From positions 22,871 through 86,870 of the IMG/VR virus record IMGVR_UViG_3300011008_000038: 64,000 nucleotides of DNA, one strand, 5' to 3'. Source of the DNA: a virus. Taxonomy: Duplodnaviria; Caudoviricetes. Made by a program: the position numbers and the translations under genes. Below, one piece after another: positions 1 through 9,920 of the stretch. Position 1 is the first letter of the stretch; each line of letters starts with the position of its first letter. The notes beneath the pieces were generated by a model. That model had not been told where the DNA came from. It saw only the letters and a list, made by a program, of their open reading frames with translations, and did not search any database.

Positions 1-326
1 TTTCAGCACATCTCAGAGTTTCTGACTGTGGTCATACAGAATTGATTGTTTGGGACAAAACAAGAGACATTTTCAGAAAATCTCGCAAGGGATACAAGTT
101 CACTTTCATGCCAATGAAAGACGATTGGGCATGGGGAATTAGGGTTGAAATGTTTAATTGGAAAATTTTCAACTATGTTGTTCTGTCGAAATGCTCGAGA
201 ATTGTACTCAATTCTGACACACAATCGTTTGAAGATCATGTCGATCAATTATTTGCAAAAAAAATTGCCTATTTCCTAAAGAAAGGAATTAGAGCTATGC
301 TTTGCGAAATGAAAGACCAGAAATAA
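1..326 (+). CDS. hypothetical protein, 5'-truncated by window edge
   Basis: Frame of ORF 42..326 is open back to base 3 (SAHLRVSDCGHTELIVWD...); followed by a terminator-like hairpin. Confidence 0.6.
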   Translation, partial: SAHLRVSDCGHTELIVWDKTRDIFRKSRKGYKFTFMPMKDDWAWGIRVEMFNWKIFNYVVLSKCSRIVLNSDTQSFEDHVDQLFAKKIAYFLKKGIRAMLCEMKDQK

Positions 327-348
327 AATTTTAAAAAGAATTAATAAA

Positions 349-390
349 GGAGATCTCTCTGAAAAGAGAGTCTCCATTTTTTTTATTTTT
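349..390. terminator. intrinsic terminator, probably bidirectional
   Basis: GGAGA-T-CTCTCT-GAAA-AGAGAG-TCTCC hairpin followed by a long T tract, between convergent genes. Confidence 0.75.
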
Positions 391-393
391 TTT

Positions 394-3300
394 TTATAAT
401 TGGAACCAGATATCACCCATACAAAATTCTTCTGGATTATGAGCTGATATTATTGTGTTACGTAAACTTCTTCTCTCATAATTTGTATGTTCTTCAACTT
501 TTGTATATGATGGAATAGTTTGATCTCTAGCAATTTTACTTCCAGTAATATTTCTATCTTTTATTTTTCTTTCTGTAATAGAATTATCATATATATGAAT
601 TTCTTTAATCATTTCTTCTTGCGCTAATTTGTTTTCTCTAATTGTATGATTAAGAATTTTATCATTCGTCACAGATTCATCTAATAAATTATTAGTATGA
701 ACAGAATTATTTTCTAACATATTATGATTAATTTTCATCCACAGAGGTTCATCATTTGCATTAATAACTCCCAATATCACATTATCAGTATTAGATGATT
801 CAATGAATTTAGTTTTAATAATCCAATCATCTACCATATCATGTGTTACTTTAGTATATACAGGATCAGAATTTGCATCTATTACTGCCAATACCATATT
901 ATCTTCTATTGATGTAAATAATTTTCTACTTGTAATTGCTCTATCTTGAATAAATGATGTGATAACAGAATTATCCATTAATGGATAACCTTCAAATACT
1001 TTTTCATATGTTTCATATAAAGTAACATCAGCAGCTTTAGTAAATTCAGATTCAAAATTATTTAATAATATATCATATAGTCTTTCTTCTTTAATTGGTG
1101 TAATTACTTGATTATTTATTAAAACATCTTCCATATAATCTATATTCAATTCATCATCATTTATAATATCATGAATCAATTGTCTACTAATTGAAGAAAA
1201 TACATTATCTTTATAAATTATATTATCTGGAGTTAAAGGAATCGATATTCCATTCATCAATTCTAATATAGTTTCTTCTTTTATCGATGTAATGAAAGAA
1301 TAATCTTTATTTCCAAAACACATACATTCATTATCACGATATCCATTATAAATATCATAATAATTATTATCAGCTTCTTCAGGTTCTTCTTCATTATTTA
1401 AAATTCTAATTAATTTATTTTCATCTATGGATACAAATGTAGTTTCTAAATTATCATCAGTATAATGTTTAGATGGTAAAGGTTCTATTTCTCCAAGTAT
1501 AATTCCTTTAATTTGATCATATTGTATTGGTCCAATTTTATTACTATAATCAACAAATGTTGGACTATTTGGTGCAGGATTGATCTCATCATTCAATATT
1601 TTATTGAGATCTTCTTCAGTGATTCTTTGTATACGTAAATGATTTGCATCTATTTTTTCAGGATCTGGTGGCTGTAAACAACAAATTTTAGCTTGTAACT
1701 TTTCATAAAATTCTGCACCATTTCTTACTAATTTATCATTTACCCATTGACTATCAACAATCTCATTACCAGTTCCTAATTCATCTGATGATTCTGGAGA
1801 AGGTCTGACATCTAAAGTTGGAGAGCCTAATAAATTTATATCTCTTTGTAATTTATTTGTGGTAACTGCAGAATTATCAATCATTTCTTCTGATATAGTT
1901 GTAAATTCTACATCATTATTTTTTATACCTAAAACTTTTGGTTTATCTTCAGTAATCTCTAATTTAGATAATGGAATTGAATGATCTTCTACTTTATCAA
2001 CATTAATATCAATTTTATCAATACCTGTTATTTCATTGATTCGTTCGTTTACCCATTTGGTATCAGCAATTGTTCCATCATTGGAAAATTTATCAGGATG
2101 CTCTTCAAGATGAGGTGAACCAAATAAAATTAAATCTGGTAATAGTTTAGATGAACTGATTTGTTGATCTTCAATCATATCATTCTGCAACAATAAAAAT
2201 TGAGGATTATCAGTATCATTCTTTACACCAATTATTCTATTTGGAAATTCTGATTTTTGTAATCTATCTAAATCAATACCATTATCTTTAATGAAATCAG
2301 ATGTTAATTTTTTCCATCTAGGAATATCATTATCATCATTCCCAATTGTTAATATCATTGATTTTGATCCGTCATGAAACCATGTACGTTTCATTTGAAC
2401 TAATTCTGAATCAGGAATTATTTCAGTTTCCGGTACTTCGAATATTTCTGGATCTAAATGATAACGTTTAATACTTCCAGTTGGAATATGTCTATCCTGA
2501 AGAAATTCATCTTCTACCATATCAGAATTTATCTTCATATATTCTGGATGATCATTTCTATTATGAGCTGCTAACACAACATTATCATTATTTGCAGGGT
2601 ATATTTTATCTTTAGTAACAGCACTTTCACTAATCATTTGTGAAGATACTTTAGTCCATTTAGGATCAGTACTCATGTAATCAGTAGCTAATACAGAATA
2701 TGAATCATCTGAATGTTGAATTTTATCCAACGTAACTGATTGATTCTTAATATTTTGAGTATTTACTGATTCTAAAGCTAGCATATTTTCTGTTACTTTA
2801 GAATAAACAGGATGTAGTGTTGAATCCGAAGCCAACACCATATCAGCTTCATTAGCTTTATATATTTTTTCTGATGTAACAGATGATTCTTTTAAATGTC
2901 TTGGTAATATAGAATCATTATCAATTACTCTTGCTGAAACAGAATCATCTGCAAATTTAGATTCAGTAACAGTTTTATCAATTATATTATTACTTCCAAC
3001 ACTATTATCATCTAACATTTCATGATTAACTTTACCCCAAACAGGATCTTGATTCGTTTCATAAACACCAAGAATTCTATTCTTAATATTAGATGAAAAT
3101 AATACTCTTCCATCTACACTTCTATCAGCTAAATTAATATTGTTTAATACGGATTGATGAATTAAATCTTCAACGTAATCATGATCTGCAATTGGTATTC
3201 CATTCACTGTTGGTCTACCTATTAAATCAATATCATCAGATAATTTTTCAGATGTAACAGATTTATCAATAAGATGTCTAGTTTCTATTAGATCATCCAA

Positions 3301-4674
3301 TAACATATCAGATGATATTGGAGACCAAACAGGATCTGTTCCATGTTGATTTACAAATAAAAAGCTTTTATCTTGATTAGATGAAAACAATTTATTTCCT
3401 GTTACAGCTCTCGAAGAAATATGTCCTTCTCTAATACTTTCACTAAAAATCTTTCCACTTGTTACACTACCTTCAGCTAATTTATCACTAGTAACACTAA
3501 AATTTTTAATTGCTCTTTCTGTTACCGATTCATCACCTAAATTGATAGCAGTAATTCCTTTATCTTTAATATGAATAGATGAAATTGCTTTATTAATAAT
3601 ATTACCAATCAATTCACCATTTTCACCTATGTCAATATCAACAGTATCGGAAGTATATCCTTCTACATATAATGATGATAAATCAATATTGATTTTTCTA
3701 CCAGAAACTTCAATAAAAGTCATTACATGTGTTTCTTGGTCAAATTTTACTTCATCAATTAATTCTCCAGTACCAATGATAGTTGATTCTGTTGTATTAT
3801 CATTAAATACAAATATTAATTTTCCACTTAATACATCATATTGTAAATCTACAACATATTTAAAATTTTCGACATTTATACCGAGATCACGTAATATTCT
3901 ATTAATTTTATCCAATTCATTTTGAGTAGCTATAGAGATTGGTTTATTCATATCCGATGTATTATTAACATTTCCCAATCCAATTTGTTCTTTAGTTACA
4001 AAATGGGGATTATCAAAATCATTGATATGTGAATCAAAATCTTCTTGACTGGCCGCTCCTATTGATGATGGAATTAAATTATGTGGATTAGCTGAATTAT
4101 TGATATGATCATTTAATATATCCGATGTATTTGATAAATTTGTATTTAAATCATTAATATCATTATCTAATCTATCAGCTAATGAATTTATTATATTGGA
4201 TAATCCTGATTGTGAAATTAGTCCAAAATCATCATTGCCCAATTCACTATAAATAGTTGGTCTATTTATAATATTTTTCCATAATAATTTTTCTGATATT
4301 GTTCCATCAAATACACCATATTTTGTTAATAACATTCCAACAGCTTTTTCAGTTGGAATTTTATCATCACTCCATAAATCAGGATCAACATCTATAGTAT
4401 GAGTCATAGGAACTGCTCCTATAGCTCCTTCTATTCCACCATATTGTACAAGATAATTACTTGATTTAGCTGGAAATATTTTTTGTTTATATGCCAAACT
4501 TTGATAGATTTCATCTAAAATATCTTGTAAAGATTTACTATTCAGATCCATTGCTTCATGAACAGCATCTATTGTTGTTGCTGGCCATATTTCTTTATAG
4601 TTAACATTTTCAGAAGGTTTTGTATTAGTGATTTCTGCTCGTAATAATTCAATACCTCTTTCTACAACTGGCAT
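394..4674 (-). CDS. long tail-fibre-like virion protein (1426 aa)
   Basis: HINxxxNPH / VTKEQIGLGNVNNTSD motifs, many SVTxxK[IL] repeats, periodic DPxWxK[IV] units and a C-terminal GDIWF motif, all typical of phage fibre proteins. Confidence 0.7.
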   Translation of the reverse strand: MPVVERGIELLRAEITNTKPSENVNYKEIWPATTIDAVHEAMDLNSKSLQDILDEIYQSLAYKQKIFPAKSSNYLVQYGGIEGAIGAVPMTHTIDVDPDLWSDDKIPTEKAVGMLLTKYGVFDGTISEKLLWKNIINRPTIYSELGNDDFGLISQSGLSNIINSLADRLDNDINDLNTNLSNTSDILNDHINNSANPHNLIPSSIGAASQEDFDSHINDFDNPHFVTKEQIGLGNVNNTSDMNKPISIATQNELDKINRILRDLGINVENFKYVVDLQYDVLSGKLIFVFNDNTTESTIIGTGELIDEVKFDQETHVMTFIEVSGRKINIDLSSLYVEGYTSDTVDIDIGENGELIGNIINKAISSIHIKDKGITAINLGDESVTERAIKNFSVTSDKLAEGSVTSGKIFSESIREGHISSRAVTGNKLFSSNQDKSFLFVNQHGTDPVWSPISSDMLLDDLIETRHLIDKSVTSEKLSDDIDLIGRPTVNGIPIADHDYVEDLIHQSVLNNINLADRSVDGRVLFSSNIKNRILGVYETNQDPVWGKVNHEMLDDNSVGSNNIIDKTVTESKFADDSVSARVIDNDSILPRHLKESSVTSEKIYKANEADMVLASDSTLHPVYSKVTENMLALESVNTQNIKNQSVTLDKIQHSDDSYSVLATDYMSTDPKWTKVSSQMISESAVTKDKIYPANNDNVVLAAHNRNDHPEYMKINSDMVEDEFLQDRHIPTGSIKRYHLDPEIFEVPETEIIPDSELVQMKRTWFHDGSKSMILTIGNDDNDIPRWKKLTSDFIKDNGIDLDRLQKSEFPNRIIGVKNDTDNPQFLLLQNDMIEDQQISSSKLLPDLILFGSPHLEEHPDKFSNDGTIADTKWVNERINEITGIDKIDINVDKVEDHSIPLSKLEITEDKPKVLGIKNNDVEFTTISEEMIDNSAVTTNKLQRDINLLGSPTLDVRPSPESSDELGTGNEIVDSQWVNDKLVRNGAEFYEKLQAKICCLQPPDPEKIDANHLRIQRITEEDLNKILNDEINPAPNSPTFVDYSNKIGPIQYDQIKGIILGEIEPLPSKHYTDDNLETTFVSIDENKLIRILNNEEEPEEADNNYYDIYNGYRDNECMCFGNKDYSFITSIKEETILELMNGISIPLTPDNIIYKDNVFSSISRQLIHDIINDDELNIDYMEDVLINNQVITPIKEERLYDILLNNFESEFTKAADVTLYETYEKVFEGYPLMDNSVITSFIQDRAITSRKLFTSIEDNMVLAVIDANSDPVYTKVTHDMVDDWIIKTKFIESSNTDNVILGVINANDEPLWMKINHNMLENNSVHTNNLLDESVTNDKILNHTIRENKLAQEEMIKEIHIYDNSITERKIKDRNITGSKIARDQTIPSYTKVEEHTNYERRSLRNTIISAHNPEEFCMGDIWFQL

Positions 4675-4825
4675 TAGAAATCATCCTCCTTTGTTTATAA
4701 AATATAAATATCAAACCTAATTACATGAGAGTTTCACAAACTCAATATGTGTATAGTACAAGAAAACCAGAAGTTAATCTTTATAATTTAATATTATATA
4801 TTTAAAATTGAGGAGGTATTTTATC

Positions 4826-5593
4826 ATGGCTATTACAGAACATAACTGGTTAGATCAGAAAGGTGTTCAAATTGTAAAAAAAATAATGCTAGATATTATA
4901 GCTAATAATCTCATAGAAAATTCTTTTACTAATGTATTAGATGAAAATTCTGATGATAAACATCGTTTATCTGCAGATATATTAAATTCACTAATTGAAA
5001 GTTTAAATAGAAAATTAGATAATTTAATAATATCTGAAGAAAATACTAATTCATATTTTACTGAATTTAATATTACACCAATAATATTTTTTGAAGGCAA
5101 TCCGAGTGATAAATTTACAAATCCATCAGATGATTTTGTTTATGTGCAAATAAATGATACTAGTAAAGAAAATAATTCAATATGGTTATATCAAAAAGTA
5201 AAACATGCTGATGTTCAAAATACATTTGAATTGGATGATAATGGAAATTTATTAATTCATACTGATAATAATGCTCCTAATGTATCATTTGAGATTACTA
5301 CTGAAGGAGATTTGTTAGTAACAACAGAATATGATTATTGTAATTTTTCCATTATTGGAGATGATTTATACTTTACATATGATATTGATAATTCTAGTGG
5401 AATAAATATTAATAATGAAAAGTATGAATGGATTTGTATAGGAAAACAATATTATGATATAAACAATTATTGGGAAAAGGATAATCTCGAAGAACTTAAA
5501 AATGCTTTATATGCAGGATATGATGAATATGAATTTAATAATATTGATGAAAATCATATTCATGAAAAAGTTGTTAGTGTATTTAATGAATAA
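4826..5593 (+). CDS. fibre-associated structural protein, paralog of 35216/35778/36636 genes
   Basis: SD GAGGAGG before ATG 4826; shares WLDQKGV and IGKQYYDINNYWEKDNLEELKNAL with IGKSEVNISNYWSKDEISELKEAL of the 36636 gene. Confidence 0.6.
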   Translation: MAITEHNWLDQKGVQIVKKIMLDIIANNLIENSFTNVLDENSDDKHRLSADILNSLIESLNRKLDNLIISEENTNSYFTEFNITPIIFFEGNPSDKFTNPSDDFVYVQINDTSKENNSIWLYQKVKHADVQNTFELDDNGNLLIHTDNNAPNVSFEITTEGDLLVTTEYDYCNFSIIGDDLYFTYDIDNSSGININNEKYEWICIGKQYYDINNYWEKDNLEELKNALYAGYDEYEFNNIDENHIHEKVVSVFNE

Positions 5594-5597
5594 GAAT

Positions 5598-5635
5598 AAT
5601 TATAGATGGAACCTTTATTGGTTCCATCTATAATT
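5598..5635. terminator. inverted repeat between convergent genes
   Basis: 16-bp arms AATTATAGATGGAACC / GGTTCCATCTATAATT. Confidence 0.7.
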
Positions 5636-5671
5636 ATATATTTAATTAAGAAGCTTTTATTATGAAAAAAG

Positions 5672-6142
5672 TTATTCTGTGCTTTCTGAAGCATCTGCAC
5701 GAAGTTCACCGATAGCTAATTTCTGAATAGTTGATATAACCAATTTTTGAGCATCTTCAACTCTAATAAATACATTACTGAGTTTTTTAATCAGTAAATC
5801 AGCAATTTGATCAACTAATTTATCAATATATGAAATAGATTTCGTATCATCTTTATCTGTTGATACTTTATCATTGGTAGCATCAACTTTTTTTACATCT
5901 TCTGTAATATCAGATTCTTTTCTAGGTTTTAACTCCAAATCTCTTTCAGGTATTTTTTCAACATCTATTTCATTCTGTTTAAAAGGTTTTTTAACAGTTG
6001 TTTTTTTACTTGATTTAGTTGATGTTGATTTCTTTGTTTTCTTAGTAGTTGATTTAGATTTTGTTTCAGATTCTATAACAGTTTTAACTCCATCTAATCC
6101 TATAACTTCTGTTTTAACAGCACTTGATTTTTTTCTTGGCAT
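5672..6142 (-). CDS. hypothetical protein with Lys/Ser/Thr-rich N-terminus
   Basis: ORF track; low-complexity basic N-terminal half (KSKSTTKKTKKSTSTKSSKK). Confidence 0.65.
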   Translation of the reverse strand: MPRKKSSAVKTEVIGLDGVKTVIESETKSKSTTKKTKKSTSTKSSKKTTVKKPFKQNEIDVEKIPERDLELKPRKESDITEDVKKVDATNDKVSTDKDDTKSISYIDKLVDQIADLLIKKLSNVFIRVEDAQKLVISTIQKLAIGELRADASESTE

Positions 6143-6187
6143 TTTTACATTCCTCTTTCTATTTATGTTTTCATCTTAATAAAAAAA

Positions 6188-6221
6188 TATAGAATAGATT
6201 TTATATAAAATCTATTCTATA
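6188..6221. repeat. perfect 34-bp palindrome
   Basis: TATAGAATAGATTTTAT-ATAAAATCTATTCTATA with no spacer. Confidence 0.85.
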
Positions 6222-6248
6222 ATAATTATTTAGGAAGGATTGTGTATG

Positions 6249-6539
6249 TTAATCAACATCTTGTTCAATATTTGATTCCATATTTGATGAATTATATGTT
6301 TCGGAAGATCTATAATAAGTTGCTTTCTGAGTTAATATAACATCATTAGCAACATCACGTCCACTTTTATCAGTAGCTGGTTCAATCTCAACCTTATCGT
6401 TTTCTTTCAAACCTTTAAAAAGTCTACCTTCTAAAATATCACGCCAACGAAAACGATATGTTTTATTATCTTCACCACGAACTACTCCAAAGCCCTTATT
6501 TAAATCAAACCATTCAACTGTTCCAGAAATTCTGCTCAT
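6249..6539 (-). CDS. cold-shock domain protein
   Basis: GTVEWFDLNKGFGVV (RNP1 region) and FKGLKENDKVEIE...ANDV match the CspA fold; acidic tail. Confidence 0.85.
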   Translation of the reverse strand: MSRISGTVEWFDLNKGFGVVRGEDNKTYRFRWRDILEGRLFKGLKENDKVEIEPATDKSGRDVANDVILTQKATYYRSSETYNSSNMESNIEQDVD

Positions 6540-6629
6540 TTTCAATTATCTCCTTTTTTATTATTCAAAAAAAAAATATTATAAGAATTATATTTCCCTA
6601 TATCTTGATGTATATAGGGAAATAAATTT

Positions 6630-7391
6630 TTATTTACTTAATAATTCAACAACTCTTGGATCTTGTGTTTTTACTGTTTGCTTCGGCATAATGTATACAA
6701 GATATTCAACAAGATCTTTACTAATTGGATTGACTTCAGAGATTTTGATTTCTCCATCCAATTTACCAGTTTCAATTGTAGTTAGCATATCCTGTAAAAT
6801 TAATTCTGGTCTGGCAGCAAATGCTACCCAATCTTTTTCATCATTTCCAGTTATCAATCTAGGTCTACAATTTTCTTTAATAGATCTGATAAATTCTTCT
6901 GTCATACCTAATGTTTCTTCAAGATATTCCATCTTTCGAAAATCTTTTAGCCAAGATTCAACATCTTCTAATCGATAGGCATATTTCTTAATTATAATAT
7001 CAAATAGACTTTTCTTAAATCTGATATTCGATCCTGTTGCTCCAATCTTGCCATACCAACCAAAATCTTGTTTATCTTCCATAGCTTCCTCACTAAATGC
7101 TATTAGTAATGAAGCATATGAAGCTCTTGGAAGATTATCATCATGATGTCTACGTTTCTTTTCTGTATATCGTGGAATAACTGTCACACGTATATTAGGT
7201 ACAATGCTTCGAGCCTTTTCAATCAAAAATTGTGAAATTTCATCGGTTGTAAATCTATAACATGCGATATACCCAAATGGTTTCTTCTTACAGCGAACAT
7301 TTGGAGATAACATTTTAGCATTTACATCAATGAGAAATTCATTCTTTTCTCCACATTTTGGACAAACTGCTTCAACTTTAATCTCAGGCAT
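6630..7391 (-). CDS. hypothetical protein with N-terminal Zn-ribbon-like motif
   Basis: CPKCGEKNEF at N-terminus; SD AGGAGG upstream. Confidence 0.7.
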   Translation of the reverse strand: MPEIKVEAVCPKCGEKNEFLIDVNAKMLSPNVRCKKKPFGYIACYRFTTDEISQFLIEKARSIVPNIRVTVIPRYTEKKRRHHDDNLPRASYASLLIAFSEEAMEDKQDFGWYGKIGATGSNIRFKKSLFDIIIKKYAYRLEDVESWLKDFRKMEYLEETLGMTEEFIRSIKENCRPRLITGNDEKDWVAFAARPELILQDMLTTIETGKLDGEIKISEVNPISKDLVEYLVYIMPKQTVKTQDPRVVELLSK

Positions 7392-7495
7392 AATTATAAA
7401 AGCCTCCTTAATTATTTATTATGAATTTTAATATATATGGTAATAACTCAAACGATATTTTATTCCATATACAAATATAATATATCATTTAAATT

Positions 7496-8404
7496 TTAAA
7501 CTAATTCTTTTATCATATTAATAAATTCTTCTAAACTAATAATATCATTATCATCATAAACATTAATAACTTTATTATTCATATTTAATATATCATTATA
7601 ACATTGAATAATATATGATAATAAATTATCAGTTTGATATTTACGTTGAGAATCATCAAATGATTGTTTATCAGATAAATATCCTTTTCGTTTATTTGTA
7701 AATGTAACTATTCTATTAGTTTGATTTTTATCATGTATACTTCCATCTATATCAACAAATATATCACATTTATTTGTTAATATTTTAAAATCCCATCTAT
7801 GAAATGGTGATACATAATTACTACCGGTTATAGGATTATATGGAAATAAATTATTAAATTCAGGATATTCAATAATATTATAATATTGATATATAAATTT
7901 AATATTATTCTCATATAATAATTTCATAAAGATTCCTTCTATTCCATTAACATCAGTTAATGATTTTTCTATAATAGTTTTTGTATATTCTATTGATCCA
8001 TTATTATAGTTAATAATAAATTTTAATTCTTTAGCTACTCTATCATCATATAATAAATTATCATATGCATTTTTAATAGATATTGATGTTTTATAATGTT
8101 CATTCAATTTTTCATATCTTTTAAATGATGCTATACTATGATTTTTTCTCATTCTTTGTTTATCTTCATCTGTCATATTTTTTAATCCATTTTGTAATCT
8201 TTCGATCATCTTTTCTTTTTTTGATTGATCAGTATATAGATTTTTTAAAAATTTACTTTGTTTTTCAAATTTATATTTTTTCATACATTCGAAACATAAA
8301 TTTGGATTATTTCTAAATTTTCTAACCTTATATGTATTATTACTAATTTCGTATGAATTACCACATTTATCACAAACCATTGTATGAATTTTTTTACTGC
8401 TCAT
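7496..8404 (-). CDS. putative PD-(D/E)XK (Vsr/DUF559-like) free-standing endonuclease with Zn finger
   Basis: CDKC...CFEC Zn ligands; EGIFMKLL..NIKFIYQY..RWDF..IFVDIDGSIH pattern. Confidence 0.6.
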   Translation of the reverse strand: MSSKKIHTMVCDKCGNSYEISNNTYKVRKFRNNPNLCFECMKKYKFEKQSKFLKNLYTDQSKKEKMIERLQNGLKNMTDEDKQRMRKNHSIASFKRYEKLNEHYKTSISIKNAYDNLLYDDRVAKELKFIINYNNGSIEYTKTIIEKSLTDVNGIEGIFMKLLYENNIKFIYQYYNIIEYPEFNNLFPYNPITGSNYVSPFHRWDFKILTNKCDIFVDIDGSIHDKNQTNRIVTFTNKRKGYLSDKQSFDDSQRKYQTDNLLSYIIQCYNDILNMNNKVINVYDDNDIISLEEFINMIKELV

Positions 8405-8469
8405 ATATAAATTACACCTTCTTCATAATATTTTATATATAAAGAATATATAATTATAAGATAAAGAAT

Positions 8470-8510
8470 AATATTAATAGATTCTCTATTATAGAGAATC
8501 TATTAATATT
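8470..8510. terminator. long inverted repeat after RNAP gene
   Basis: 20-bp arms AATATTAATAGATTCTCTAT / ATAGAGAATCTATTAATATT, 1-nt spacer. Confidence 0.7.
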
Positions 8511-8523
8511 AATTTATGAATTT

Positions 8524-9920
8524 TTATATATCTTCAACTAATGTGTCTGGATCAATGGTTATTAAGTTTATGCTCGAGTCATGTTTAGCCTTCATACCCA
8601 AGTTAAGAGAGGTGTATGATAGTTGTATACTAAAAAGTCCTGCCATTTGTATATTTAATTTATTGAATAATTCACCTGCACATTTGTTACAAATTTTATC
8701 ATTCAAACATGTCATTGGTGATCTCATTTCAACTGTCTTACCAATATATGAATCAATATTTTCCGATGTTAATAATTTTAATTGAGATCCTTCTTTAATG
8801 TATGAATACAATAAATCTTTTTTATTTGTTTTATTTACAGTGATTGGAACTGTTCTTTTTGTTCCACAATCAGTACCAGGTTCATCAACTTGCATCATTT
8901 GTAATAAAGCCAATAATTTTTTACCAATATAACCTGATTGTCTAACTGCTATACTCATTGGATACTGTGATGCTAATATTGATGCATACTGACTAGGTAT
9001 ATCTTTGATTTCCGATCCTGTCATTAACGATGAATCAACAAAATCAAATCTATCATCTATCTTATTCATTACAGGACCTCTCATAATTGCATTATTACGA
9101 TAATTATTTCCAAAATTAAGGTTACCACTAAGATATTGATTCATACCAGGATCACCTTCTAATTCTTTTTTGGCATAGTCAATTAATTCATTTACCATTG
9201 AAACCATTGCATCAAGATCATGATTATTAATTCTTTCACCATATTTTTTCCATAATTCTTTTTTCTTTGCTTCCATTCCTGGTAATGGTTTACTCATCTT
9301 TTCACTAATCGTATGGGATAATATACCAATTAACCAAAATACCAATGTATCACGATGATTGATATAATCATCAAATTGTGATTTAGTTATGTCATCATTC
9401 ATTAAGTATTTTCCAATGAGATCATCCAATTCTCTTATTTTACTACCAACTGTTTCATTCATATACTTTCTAATTTGAATAGTTCCTGAACCTTGTAATA
9501 CAAATTTATTGAATATGAATCTACCTATTGTAGATTCTATTTTTGGTTGTCCGTCGTAAAAATAATTTGCTGGAACTATAAATTTTGACCATGGTTTATA
9601 TTTACTTTCTTTTCTATTTGCATTTCTACCATTGGTAATATCTACAGTTGCAGCAAAAAATTCAACCAACATAGATCTTGTAATATCATCAGGTTCTGTA
9701 TTTAATAATCTATCAACATCTTCTTTCGATGTATCAACTGCTTTTATTTTATCATCAATTTTTGTTAATTCATATGAAGAATCAAATGTGTCGACAATTA
9801 CGAATTTACCATTAGTACCATTAATGTTTAAGCCGCTAATTTTTTTATTCATAATTTCTTCACATTCAGCATTTGCTTCATCTGACCAAATACCTCTGAC
9901 TGATACTGTATCTCCGTCAT
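8524..9920 (-). CDS. rpoC: phage multisubunit RNA polymerase beta-prime, exon 2
   Basis: Frame upstream of ATG 9852 reads DGDTVSVRGIWSDEANAECEEI; downstream CGT..RSPMTC..CNKCAGE Zn site and trigger-loop-like NLGMKAKH. Confidence 0.88.
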
